Source: Felis catus (Eukaryota). From it: a stretch of 64,000 bases of DNA. The notes under the pieces are model-generated. The model worked only from the letters and a program-made list of their open reading frames with translations. It was not told the origin of the DNA and did no database searches. Positions 52,496 to 64,000 of this stretch are shown in pieces. The DNA is taken from positions 29,390,001-29,454,000 of the forward strand of contig NC_058383.1 of NCBI RefSeq assembly GCF_018350175.1. The letters are read 5' to 3'. The position numbers and the translations under genes are program-made. The stretch's first letter is position 1; every line of letters begins with the position of its first letter.

Positions 52496-54054
52496 GCAAG
52501 AAGTACAAACTCTGAACATTAGTGCTAATGATTTGGAGGATCCTTTAGGCACAAGATTTTAAAATATTTTCATGCAATATTATTTTTTCTTCATGTGGAA
52601 GAATTTTTTTCAACCTATTATTCCTTGACATTATGATCACCTTAAACTCCCACACATGCCTCCAAATTAAGAAAATTATAAGCTAAGAAAAATCTTTAGA
52701 AAATGTAGCAAAAGGAGAAGAATAAGTGTTCAAAAATTGTTAAGTTAATATCCATGAAAATTTTTGATGGAGTATAGACTATTCCCACAACCTACTACCA
52801 AATTTGTAAGCTGTCACCCAATATCCACTTAACTGCTTAATTTTCTTTTGAAACTGAAATCTAACATCAAACATAAAAAAGCATTCTCCGTCCAGAAGTC
52901 TCTGAGATGTTAAAGAAACAGCATTAGAATGGATTCTTTCACTGGGTCATAATTTAGTTGTGAAAGTAAAGCTCTCATTTAGCTCTAACTAGAGAAAGTG
53001 TGATAAAAGATTAATGTGTCTATAACTGACAGAATGAATGAATATGGAGTTAATACCCATATTATAGTGGAACTTCATTCCAAAATGAAACTAACCCAAC
53101 AATTATCTGGCACCAGGTCAAAGCACAACACAACAGATAACCCCGGAGAAGATGGTGGCATAGGAGGACGCTGGGCTCACCACGTCCTGCTGATTGCTTA
53201 GGTTCCACCCACATCTGCCTAATTTACCCAGATAACCACCAGAAGAGGAGCAGAACGGACTCTCCGGAGCCAAGCGTAGACGAGAGGCCCACGGAAGAGG
53301 GTAGGAAGGGTGGAGAGGCCGTGCGCCCTACACAGACTGGCAGGAGGGAGCGGGGGTGATGGAGGGGCAGCCAGCCCGGCAAGGCAGAGCCCCCGAGTCT
53401 GACTTGCAAAAGCAGAGGGGCCGGATGGAGTGTGTTCTGACAGCCAGTGGGACTTAACATCTGGAATGTTATAAGTCAACAGCTCTGCTCGGAGAGCAGG
53501 AGGGAGAGTTGTTGAGCCCCAGAGGACAGAGCTCAGCTTGGTGGGGAACAAAGGCGCTGGGAAGGGCCTTCTCCCTTGCCCGTCCCCTAGCCAAAATCCC
53601 AAAAGGAACCAGTTCCCATCACGGAACTTGCTTGCATGGCGCAAACACACAACGCTGTGCTTCTACGGATCCATCCCTCTGAAGGGTCTGCCTCCCTCCC
53701 GGTGCTGCAGGGCCACTCCCAAAGCAGACCACCTAAGGCAAAGCCAGCTGAGCCTACCCCTCCCACCCCTGTGCACCTTGCGGATCCACCTTGGCTAATA
53801 CGCCAGATCCCATTGAAGCAGCACCACAAGCCTGGCAGTGTGCAAGTAGCCCAGACAGAGGCCACACCACTCCACAGTGAGTCCTGCCCCTGGGAGAGGG
53901 GAAGATAAGGTACACACCAGTCGGACTGTGGCCCCAGTGGTGGGCTGGGGACAGACAACAGGTCTGACTGCGGCCCCGCCCACCAACGCAAGTTACTCTA
54001 GACAGCACACAGAAAGACCCCTGCAGTTCCCTGCCATTCCAGGGACTATCCAAA

Positions 54055-54947
54055 ATGATGAAACGGAGGAATTCTCCTCAAAAGAAACTCCAGGAAGTAG
54101 CGACAGCTAACGATCTGATCAAAAACGATTTAGGCAATATAGCAGAAAATGAATTTAAAATAACAGTCATGAAATTAATCGCTGGGCTTGAAAAAAGTAT
54201 AGAGGACAGCAGAGAATCTATTACTACAGAGATCAAGGGACTAAGAAACAGTTAGGAGGAGCTAAAAAAATGCTATAAATGAGCTACAAAATAAAATGGA
54301 GGCGACCACAGCTCGGATTGAAGAGGCAGAGGAGAGAAGAGGTGAATTAGAAGATAAAATTATGGAAAAAGAAGAAGCTGAGAAAAAGAGAGAGAAAAAA
54401 TCCAGGAGTATGAGGGGAGACTTAGAGAACTAAGTGACATAATTAAACGAAATAATGTACGCATAATTAGGATTCCAGAGGAGGAAGAGAAAGGGAAAGG
54501 TGCTGAAGGTGTACTTGAAGAAATAATAGCGGAGAACTTCCCTGATCTGGGGAAGGAAAAAGGCACTGAAATCCAAGAGACACAGAGAACTCCCTTCAGG
54601 TGTAACTTGAATTGATCTTCAGCACGACATATCATAGTGAAACTGGCAAAATACAAGAATAAAGAGAGAATTCTGAAAGCAGCTAGGGATAGACATGCTT
54701 TAACATACAAAGGGAGACTGATAAGACTCGTGACTATGTGTCTACTGAAACTTGGCAGGCCAGAAAGGAATGGCAGGAAATCTTCAATGTGATGAACAGA
54801 AAAAATATGCAGCCGAGAATCCTTTATCCAGCAAGTCTGTCATTTAGAATAGAAGGAGAGATAAAGGTCTTCCCAAAAAAACAAAAACTGAAGGAATTCA
54901 TCACCACTAAACCAGCCCTACAAGAGATCCTAAGGGGGATCCTATGA
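54055..54947 (+). pseudogene. L1 ORF1 remnant
   Basis: MMKRRNSPQKK... at the start and WQARKEWQEIFNVMNRKNMQPRILYPASLSF at the end; premature TAG at 54253-54255 and frameshifts. Confidence 0.92.
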
Positions 54948-54997
54948 GACAAAGTACCAGAGACATCACTGCAAGCATGAAACCTAGAGACATCACA

Positions 54998-57900
54998 ATG
55001 ACTCTAAACCAGTATCTTTCAATAATAACACTGAATGTAAATGAACTAAATGCTCCAACCAAAAGACAGAGGGTATCAGAATGGATAAAAAAACAAGACC
55101 CATCTATTTGCTGTCTACAAGAGACTCATTTTAGACCTGAGGACACCTTCAGATTGAGAGTGAGGGGATGGAGAACCATCTATCATGCTACTGGAACTCA
55201 AAAGAAAGCTGGAGTAGCCATACTTATATCAGACAAACTAGACTTCAAATTAAAGGCTGTAACAAGAGATGAAGAAGGACATTATATAATAATTACAGGA
55301 TCTATCCATCAGGAAGAGCTAACAATTATAAATATCTATGCACCGAATATGGGAGCTCCCAAATATATAAAACAATCACAAACAAAAGCAATCTTATTGT
55401 TAAGAATGTGGTAATTGCAGGGGACTTTAATACTCCACTTACAACATTGGATAGATCATCGAGACACAGGACCAATAAAGAAATAAGGGCCCTGAATGAT
55501 ACATTGGATCAGATGGACTTGATAGATATATTTAGAACTCTGCATCCCAAAGCAACAGAATATACTTTCTTCTCGAGTGCACATGGAACCTTCTCTAAGA
55601 TAGATCACATACTGGGTCACAAAACAGCCCTTCATAAGGATACAAGAATTGAGATCATACCATGCATACTTTCAGACCACACTGCGAAGAAGCTTGAAAT
55701 CAACCACAAGAAAAAGTCTGGAAAACCTCCAAAAGCATGGAGGTTAAAGAACACCCTAGTAAAGAATGAATGGGTCAACCAGGCAATTAGAGAAGAAATT
55801 TAAAAATATATGGAAACAAATGAAAATGAAAATACAACAATCCAAACGCTTTGGGATGCAGCAAAGGCAGTCCTGAGAGGAAAATACATTGCAATCCAGG
55901 CCTATCTCAAGAAACAAGAAAAATCCCAAATACAAAAATCTAAGGAAATAGAAGAAGAACAGCAAAGACACCCCAAATCCAGCAGAAGAAGAGAAATAAT
56001 AAAGATCAGAGCAGAAATAAACAATATAGAATCTATAAAAACTGTAGAGCAGATCAATGAAACCAAGAGTTGGTTTTTTGAAAAAATAAACAAATTGATA
56101 AACCTTTAGCCAGGTTTCTCAAAAAGAAAAGGGAGATGACCCAAATAGATAAAATCATGAATGAAAATGGAATTATTACAACCAATCCCTCAGAGATACA
56201 AGCAATTATCAGGGAATACTAGGAAAAACTATATGCCAACAAACTGGACAACCTGGAAGAAAAGGACAAATTCCTAAACAACCACACACTTCCAAAACTC
56301 AAACAGGAAGAAATAGAAAGCTTGAACGGACCCATAACCAGCAAAGAAATTGAATCGGTTATCAAAAATCTCCCAACAAATAAGAGTCCAGGACCAGATG
56401 GCTTCCCAGGGGAGTTCTACCAGACGTTTAAAGCAGAGATAATACCTATCCTTCTCAAGCTATTCCAAAAAATAGAAAGGGAAGGAAAACTTCCAGACTC
56501 ATTCTATGAAGCCAGCATTACTTTGATTCCTAAACCAGACAGAGACCCAGTAAAAAAAGAGAACTACAGGCCAATATCCCTGATGAATATGGATGCAAAA
56601 ATTCTCAATAAGATACTAGCAAATCGAATTCAACAGCATATAAAAAGAATTATTCACCATGATCAAGTGGGACTCATTCCTGGGATGCAGGGCTGGTTCA
56701 ACATTCGCAAATCAATCAATGTGATACATTGCATTAATAAAAGAAAAGATAAGAACCACATGATCCTGTCAATCAATGCAGAAAAAGCATTTGACAAAAT
56801 TCAGCATCCTTTCTTAATAAAAACCCTTGAGAAAGTCGGGATAGAAGGAACATACTTAAACATCATAAAAGCCATTTATGAAAAGCCCACAGCTAATATC
56901 ATCCTCAATGGGGAAAAACTGACAGCCTTCTCCCTGAGATCAGGAACACGACAGGGATGTCCACTCTCACCGCTGTTCACATAGTGTTGGAAGTTCTAGC
57001 ATCAGCAAACAGACAACAAAAGGAAATCAAAAGCATCAAAATTGGCAAAGATGAAGTTAAGCTTTCACTTTTTGCAGATGACACGATATTATACATGGAA
57101 AACCTGATAGACTCCACCAAAAGTCTGCTAGAACTGAGACATGAATTCAGCAAAATCGCAGGATACAAAATCAACGTACAGAAATCAGTTGCATTCTTAT
57201 ACACTAATAATGAAGCAACAGAAAGACAAAGAAACTGATCCCATTCACAATTGCACCAAGAATCATAAAATACCTAGGAATAAACCTGACCAAAGATGTA
57301 AAAGATCTGTATGCTGAAAACTATAGAAAGCTTATGAAGGAAATTGAAGAAGATATAAAGAAATGGAAAAACATTCCGTGCTCATGGGTTGGAAGAATAA
57401 ATATTGTCAAAATGTCAGTACTACCCAAAGCTATCTACACATTCAATGCAATCCCACTCAAAATTGCACCAGCATTCTTCTCGAAGCCAGAGCAAGCAAT
57501 CCTAAAATTTGTACGGAACCACAAAAGGCCCCGAATAGCCAAAGTAATTTTGAAGAAGACCAAAGCGGGAAGCATCACAATCCCAGCCTCTACTACAAAG
57601 CTGTAATCATCAAGACAGCATGGTATTGGCACAAAAACAGACACATACACCAATGGAATAAAATAGAAACTGCAGAACTAGACCCACAAACGTATGGCCA
57701 ACTAATCTTTGACAAAGCAGGACAGAACATCCAATGGAAAAAAGACAGTCTCTTTAACAAATGGTGCTGGGAGAACTGGACAGCAACTTGCAGAAGGATG
57801 AAACTAGACCACATTCTTACACCATTCACAAAAACAAACTCAAAATGGATAAAGGACCTGAATGTGAGACAGGAAACCATCAATATCCTAGAGGAGAAAG

Positions 57901-59019
57901 CAGGGAAAAACCTCTGTGACCTCAGCCGCAGCAATTTCTTACTTGACACATCCCCAAGGGCAATGGAATTAAAAGCAAAAACGAACTATTGGGACCTCAT
58001 GAAGATAAAAAGCTTCTGCACTGCAAAGGAAACAACCAACAAAACTAAAATGCAACCAGGGGCGCCTGGGTGGCGCAGTCGGTTAAGCGTCCAACTTCAG
58101 CCAGGTCACGATCTCGCGGTCCGTGAGTTCGAGCCCCGCGTCAGGCTCTGGGCTGATGGCTCAGAGCCTGGAGCCTGTTTCCGATTCTGTGTCTCCCTCT
58201 CTCTCTGCCCCTCCCCCGTTCATGCTCTGTCTCTCTCTGTCCCCAAAAAAAAATAAACGTTGAAAAAAAAAAAAAACTAAAAGGCAACCAACGGAATGGG
58301 AAAAGATATCTGCAAATGACATATCGGACAAAGGGCTAGTATCCCAAATCTATAAAGAGCTCACCACACTTCACACCCAAAAAACAAATAATCCAGTGAA
58401 GAAATGGGCAGAAAACATGAATAGACACTTCTCTAAAGAAGACATCCAGATGGCCAACAGGCACATGAAAAGATGTTCAGTATCGCTCCTCATCAGGGAA
58501 ATACACATCAAAACCACACTCAGATATCACCTCACGCCAGTCAGAGTGGCTAAAATGAACAAAACAGGAGACTATAGACGCTGGAGAGGATGTGGAGAAA
58601 TGGGAACCCTCTTGCACCATTGGTGGGAATGCAAACTGGTGTAGCCGCTCTGGAAAACAGTGTGGAGATTCCTCAAAAAATTAAAAATAGACCTACCCTA
58701 TGACCCAGCAGTAGCACTGCTAGGAATTTACCCAAGGGATACAGGAGTGCTGATGCATAGGGGCACTTGTACCCCAATGTTTACAGCAGCACTCTCAACA
58801 ATAGCTAAATTATGGAAAGAGCCTAAATGCCCATCAACTGACGAATGGATAAAGAAATTGTGGTTTATATACACAATGGAATACTACATGGCAATGAGAA
58901 AGAACGAAATATGGCCTTTTGTAGCAACATGGATGGAACTCGAGAGTGTTATGCTAAGTGAAATAAGTTATACAGAGAAGGACAGATTTCATATGTTTCC
59001 ACTCCTATGCGGAACCTGA
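54998..59019 (+). pseudogene. L1 ORF2 remnant (endonuclease, reverse transcriptase, C-terminal region)
   Basis: SIITLNVN, CCLQETH, GDFN, SDH endonuclease motifs; [32 protein letters not shown] motifs; split over several frames and interrupted by a SINE. Confidence 0.95.
58059..58272 (+). mobile_element. CAN-SINE, young feline subfamily, in L1 ORF2
   Basis: 18-bp TSD aaaactaaaa(t/g)gcaacca (58041 / 58273). Confidence 0.96.
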
Positions 59020-59534
59020 GAAACTTAACAGAAGACCACAGGGGAGGGGAAGAAAAAAAATGGTTAGAGAGGGAGGATGCCAAAACATAAGAGATTCGTA
59101 AAAACTGAGAACAAACTGAGGGTTTATGGGGGGGTGGGAGGGACAGGTGGGTGGGTGACGGATATTGAGGAGGGCAACTGTTGGGATGAGCACTGGGTGT
59201 TGTATGGAAACCAATTTGACAATAAACTTCATAAAAAAAAAAAAAAGCACAACACAACACTAGTAAGATCAACCTGGGATGTGGCTTCTGCTCTCAAAAA
59301 CAAACCATTTCATTGTCAGATACTCTACCAGAGACAGAAAACAAAATAAACAAAAAACAAAAACTCAAAAACCAAGAGACCTCTTGTTCATCTATTGATT
59401 CACTGCTATCTTTTTTCCTGAATGAAGTCAAGATAACATCAATAATAATCTTGTATTTTAAAAGATGCTGGGCTCTTGGGCTAAGGTAGTCTCAAAACCA
59501 ATGCTAACATCTGTTCTAAAAAGAGTGAAGTCCA

Positions 59535-59759
59535 GGGGCGCCTGGGTGGCGCAGTCGGTTGGGCGTCCGACTTCAGCCAGGTCACGATCTCGCGGTCCGT
59601 GAGTTTGAGCCCCGCGTCGGGCTCTGGGCTGATGGCTCAGAGCCTGGAGCCTGTTTCCGATTCTGTGTCTCCCTCTCTCTCTGCCCCTTGCCCGTTCATG
59701 CTCTGTCTCTCTCTGTCCCAAAAATAAATAAACGTTGAAAAAAAATTAAAAAAAAAAAA
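59535..59759 (+). mobile_element. CAN-SINE, young feline subfamily
   Basis: Perfect 17-bp TSD aaaaagagtgaagtcca (59518 / 59760). Confidence 0.96.
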
Positions 59760-60799
59760 AAAAAGAGTGAAGTCCAAAGCCGAAACTTTTCCTACTGTAC
59801 CTTATTGTTCCCAATGACTAACTCACATGAACTATTAGTAAATAAAGTGTGTATTGATTTTATAATCAATGCTATAAGAAAGGAAGTAAATAATAAAGGA
59901 GTCCAAAGAATATCAATATCAAAATTAAGAAGTTTAATATATAACCAACCAAATGCAGACAGAATATTCAAATATACTCAACCAGAAATGATTCAGCAAC
60001 AGCATAACTGTCATCCCTGCCCTTTAAAGCATCCCTGAATTACAAACATTAGGAAAACACCTGGCAAACAGCCAGGAAAAATAAATTTCTAAATTCAAAC
60101 AAGATAAAACTTGAATCAAGAAATTCAAAGACAAAGTTAATCACACACACAAATTCCCTACGTTAGAAGCATTATTTACTATGAAGTCCTATGATCAAAC
60201 AAGTTGAAAATTTCAAATCAAATGCACTTTTGAGAAACAATCTTATTTGGGGTTGGGTAAATTAGTGATATCAGCACAAGATTATCTTGTTATCTATTCT
60301 TCCTCCAAAGTTCCTGATGGCAATCTGTTAAAAACCTAATGTTAGGGTTTAAAATTTATTTAATAATTTAAGAACACACTCTCACCAAGCGCATATAAGA
60401 AAATACTTCCTTAATAATATATTGCTGTTTCTGTATTATCTTCTAAATGAAATTTCTTAAGGATACCAAGAATTCAGTCAAATCTGTTTACATTTTTATA
60501 TAAATAACATTCACCTCCCTGTTTTATAATTAGGGGAAAATTACAGAAAGAAACATTTTACCCTATTTGTCTGTATTCAGGTTTAACAATTAGGATAGAA
60601 CCAGAAAATGAGTTTCTATACAAATAGTATTTCACAACATATTACTCTCACTGACTCTTACCATGAATTATTTTTGTTTCTGTATGTGTTTTCTAATCTG
60701 TGGTTTGATTACTTGAATGCTCTTATATGTAAAAAGACTGTTTAAGTTCTAGACTAAGAGTATTTTACTTGAAAGGTACCTTAGATATGATGTCTAGTG

Positions 60800-60987
60800 A
60801 AGTACTTCTCAACCTTCCTCACAATATGATAGTCCCTTGAGGAATTAAAAAAAAAAAAAGAAAAAAGAAAAAAAGGAAAATCCTGGGTGGATGGGGTACA
60901 AGGGAAGGCTCTCCAGAGATTTTGATGTAAGTGGTCTTCAATAGAGTGACTCTAATGTACAGCCAGGGTGGAGAGTCACTGATCTAG
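60800..60987. mobile_element. MER5-like hAT relic
   Basis: agtacttctcaacctt at one end and gtgactctaatgtacagccagggtggagagtcactgatcta at the other. Confidence 0.65.
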
Positions 60988-61049
60988 GGGAACCCTTTAA
61001 AGAGAGAAGAAATCATTTGCTCAGTGAATGGGAAGGGACACCAGGAGCG

Positions 61050-61860
61050 AATTCCTAAAATGAGACTCTAAGTAGGTAGAAGGTGCTGCAAGAAACTGAA
61101 GAATCCAATGTGCAACTGCAGCCGGGCAAGAGAGCAAAGTCTTCAAGGATGAACAGGAGTTTGCAGGCACCGATGTTTTCTCAGCGGTCAGAGCACTGCG
61201 GCTGGAACAGTTCTCGCCTAAGCGCACAGCTTGATGGTGCAGGACAGAGAGGGCGTGTCGTGGTGACAGGAGGTCAGGCTGGTGTGGCTAGTTAGAGCAC
61301 AACTGTGAAGGAGTGTGCACCGTAAAGGACAGTGATACGATCCGATTTGTATTTTTTTTTTAACGTTTATTTATTTTTGAGACAGAGAGAGACAGAGCAT
61401 GAACAGGGGAGGGGCAGAGAGAGAGGGAAACACAGAATCTGAAACAGGCTCCAGGCTCTGAGCCGTCAGCACAGAGCCTGACGCGGGGCTCGAACTCACG
61501 GACCTGAGATCATGACCTGAGCCGAAGTCGGAAGCTTAACCGACCGAGCCACCCAGGCGCCCCAATCCGATTTGTATTTTAGAAAGATAATTCTGGCAGA
61601 GGCTGCTTACTGATAAAATCTCAGGCTGAAATGGGGAGGAACCAAGTTAAGGCAGTGGAAATGCAGAACAGGGAAGAAGTTCAAAAAATATGTAAGAGGT
61701 AAAACGTCCAGGCTTGGTGATGGGCTCATTTGAAAGGTAAAGGAGAATAAAAAGAGTTGAGGGTGGCTGAGACGTCCAGATTCGGGCAGGCAGGAAAGCT
61801 GGTGGTGTCATCAAAAGGCAGGGGTGAGTAGTGGTGAAGCAGAGCGCTCACGCTGAGAAA
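61050..61860 (-). mobile_element. LINE-2 fragment, split by a SINE
   Basis: gatccgatttgtattttagaaagataattctggc; ggcttggtgatgg...gaaaggtaaaggaga. Confidence 0.7.
61356..61563 (-). mobile_element. CAN-SINE
   Basis: TSD atccgatttgtatttt (61340 / 61565). Confidence 0.96.
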
Positions 61861-61929
61861 CACAGGCCTTTAGGAGGGAACCCGGGGGGAAGGGGAAATG
61901 GTGTGTCTAAAGAGATAGCTACTGAATTG

Positions 61930-62200
61930 TAGGCAAATCACTTCACTTCTTGGGGATCCTGTTCCCTTATTTAAAAATGACAGGTGAAAAGAAGAAAATG
62001 GAAGAATATTTACATTTCTGCTCAGCTTGGCACGAAATCTGTTCTTTGCTTTCCTTAATGTTATCCTAATGACCACTCTGTAGGCAGGCAGTGTTCTCCT
62101 TTCACAGATGAGAATATCAAAGCTTGGCAATATGAAGCATACCTGAGGGACTAATGTCAACTAGACCAAGATTTCAATTTCAGAGGCCATATTCCTTCCC
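61930..62200. mobile_element. MIR fragments
   Basis: ggcaaatcacttcacttct...ttaaaaatg and ttcacagatgagaatatc core motifs in opposite orientations. Confidence 0.55.
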
Positions 62201-62351
62201 CAGTAACGTGACGTTTATGTGCCAAAATGCAAATAAATTAGAGCAAATAACTGGGAGACACTCTACTGTTGGGGCGGGGGGAATGGCGAGGACGAGGGAG
62301 ATGTCGCTGTGAGAAGAGCCACGTGTACAAATCTTTAACAGACATACTGAA

Positions 62352-62543
62352 GGGGGGTCAGTCTCTTGAGCGTCGGACTTCAGCTGAGGTTGTGATCTCA
62401 CAGTTCACAAGGTCGAGCCCTGCATTGGGCCCCGCTGTCAGCGCAGAGCCCGCCTGGGATCCTCTGTCTCCCTCTCTCTGCCCCTCCCAGGCTTGCTCGC
62501 TGTCTCTCAAAAATAAATGAACATAAAAAAAAAAAAAAAAAAA
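62352..62543 (+). mobile_element. CAN-SINE with degraded head
   Basis: Body, aataaa and long poly(A). Confidence 0.88.
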
Positions 62544-63467
62544 TACATACCGAGGGCCCAGAACATCAGGCCCTGTGCTGGGCATTGGGGTTCTAGTGAC
62601 AACCTAGGCATAAGCCCCCTAGCTCCTGGAGGCAAAGACCTTGTCAATCAGGCAATGATACCACAACATTGATACTTACCAGGAGAAAGCACAACACGCC
62701 TACTTTGTGGCAGATGAAGGAAACACTCTCCTCTTATTGTTCCAGTTTACAGCAAACACTGAGAGTGTGAGTGGAATTAACTCCAGACCAGAAGAAAATG
62801 AAGTCTAGAGTCGTAGATGTACTGCACATAAATAGGACATGTTTTTGACATCAGCCTACAATTCTTTCAAATAAACAACCTCTAGGCATGGTTTTTATTT
62901 GTAGCAGTTGGATTTTTATGTGTAGCCACTAAACACCTAGCAAAAAAGGTACTATAAATATACCAAATACTGACAATACACTGTATCGGAAAAGTTATAG
63001 AACTGTTTCCTATGCTTGAAGTGGCTGTGAAAGTTCTACACGAGCCAATGTGATTTATTTTTTGACATGTTTACTATAGATTTGCTTCAACTGACCATAA
63101 AACATGGAGCAAACTGCATACTTAACACCCTCCAAGATAATGCATTCTTAAGTACTATAACTAATACTTAAATGAACAGCGTTTCTGAAATATTCATTGC
63201 CATCCATTTATAAATAAAAATTTGAATTAGCATAAGTCTAAAACACATGTGGCTTTTAAATTACTACATAAAAAGACATGAAGAGCTAGAAAATATTATT
63301 TGTTCTTCAAGCAAAATGACCAAAATTCATGTTTTTTTTTCAGTTTGAACAACTTCACTTTCCAAGTTTATTCAAAATGAATGATTCTCAGAGAATAAGA
63401 ACTGATTGGAAGATTAATTTTAAACTGAGATGATTTCCATATTTAGCAAACACTGGGTTAAAAACAA

Positions 63468-63525
63468 ACTCTAATTTTGTTGAATCATAAATTAGCACTC
63501 TGATTTTGTTGGATCATAAATTAGC
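63468..63525. repeat. 29-bp tandem duplication, 2 copies, 2 mismatches
   Basis: actctaattttgttgaatcataaattagc / actctgattttgttggatcataaattagc. Confidence 0.9.
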
Positions 63526-64000
63526 ACGGTAGGTTTACATGCTACAAACTAAATATTTGTAAACAGATTAAACAAATGTTTTATTTAACAGAAAAAAAAT
63601 ATACTGGACTCCTACTTCTAGGTTCGGTAAGGCAGAGAGGGAAGGTGGAAGAAAAAGAAAGGGGAAGGGGAGAAAAGAGCACCAAGAAGAGGGAAGTCTC
63701 TCTCTCTCTTTTTTTTTTCCTAGCTCTTCACTCTTTGTGATGGTAGGAATCAGCAGAATTTAAACTTAAACACGGATATTTTACTAAATTCAAAAGTATC
63801 GCTAACTACGAAAACAAAGCCTGAAGTTTAGTTTACTTGTCTAAGGTATCGGGACTAGTTAAGCACCAGGCGGGGCCACGAGTCCCCTCATTCATAACCC
63901 AGTTCTCTTGCCTGAGGCAACCAGGCAGGTGGTTGTGAGGTGGGTAGGTGGTAAATTGAAAAACTCAGGTAAAAGAGGAGTCATTACCTATCAACACAGA

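Larger units (their letters stand above)
53136..59243 (+). mobile_element. Full-length feline-type LINE-1, disabled
   Basis: Perfect 16-bp TSD aaagcacaacacaaca (53120-53135 / 59244-59259); aagatgg YY1-type start; GC-rich 5' UTR; ORF1, ORF2, G-rich 3' UTR, AATAAA and poly(A). Confidence 0.97.
41473..64000 (-). other. MRTFB: MRTFB 5'-UTR intron upstream of the first coding exon (partial)
   Basis: Ends at an AG acceptor; no gene-type CpG-island promoter or recognisable upstream exon in this interval. Confidence 0.7.

Noticed and set aside
57363..58256. 297-aa ORF, the longest in the window
   Set aside because: Frameshifted L1 ORF2 fragment reading into an inserted SINE; not a host gene.
53136..59243. 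Active L1 or novel reverse-transcriptase system
   Set aside because: Ordinary LINE-1 with stops and frameshifts in both ORFs and a SINE in ORF2.
62671..62682. gatacttaccag resembling the U1 snRNA 5' end
   Set aside because: No further U1 similarity; it is the complement of a donor-like motif with no supported partner exon.
63696..63723. Strong acceptor-like pyrimidine tract ending in tag
   Set aside because: On the plus strand, opposite to MRTFB, with no exon evidence; low-complexity sequence.
1..64000. CRISPR arrays, tRNA/rRNA genes, operon-like systems
   Set aside because: Mammalian intron; no regularly spaced repeats; tRNA-like boxes belong to SINE heads.

Overview
Felid (cat-family) genomic DNA, judged from abundant feline-type CAN-SINEs and a feline-type LINE-1. 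The window lies inside MRTFB (MKL2, myocardin-related transcription factor B) on the minus strand. The only exon I can support is the first coding exon, 41257-41472 (ATG at 41410, 154 coding nt, phase-1 donor). Everything else is intron: more than 22 kb upstream and more than 41 kb downstream. The introns hold about 26 CAN-SINE loci, two full-length but disabled LINE-1s lying head to head (42554-50117 minus, 53136-59243 plus), many ancient L1M/L2/MIR fragments, an MLT1 LTR and Tigger/MER5-type DNA-transposon relics. Most ORFs in the track are repeat-derived or chance. I found no convincing new multi-gene system. The best leads are L1-derived promoter and splice-donor cassettes pointing at the first coding exon, a template-switch micro-inversion in one SINE, an in-frame cryptic exon candidate, and local AT-to-GC shifted tracts. 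Repeat subfamily names come from memory of consensus sequences, and boundaries of old repeats are approximate.
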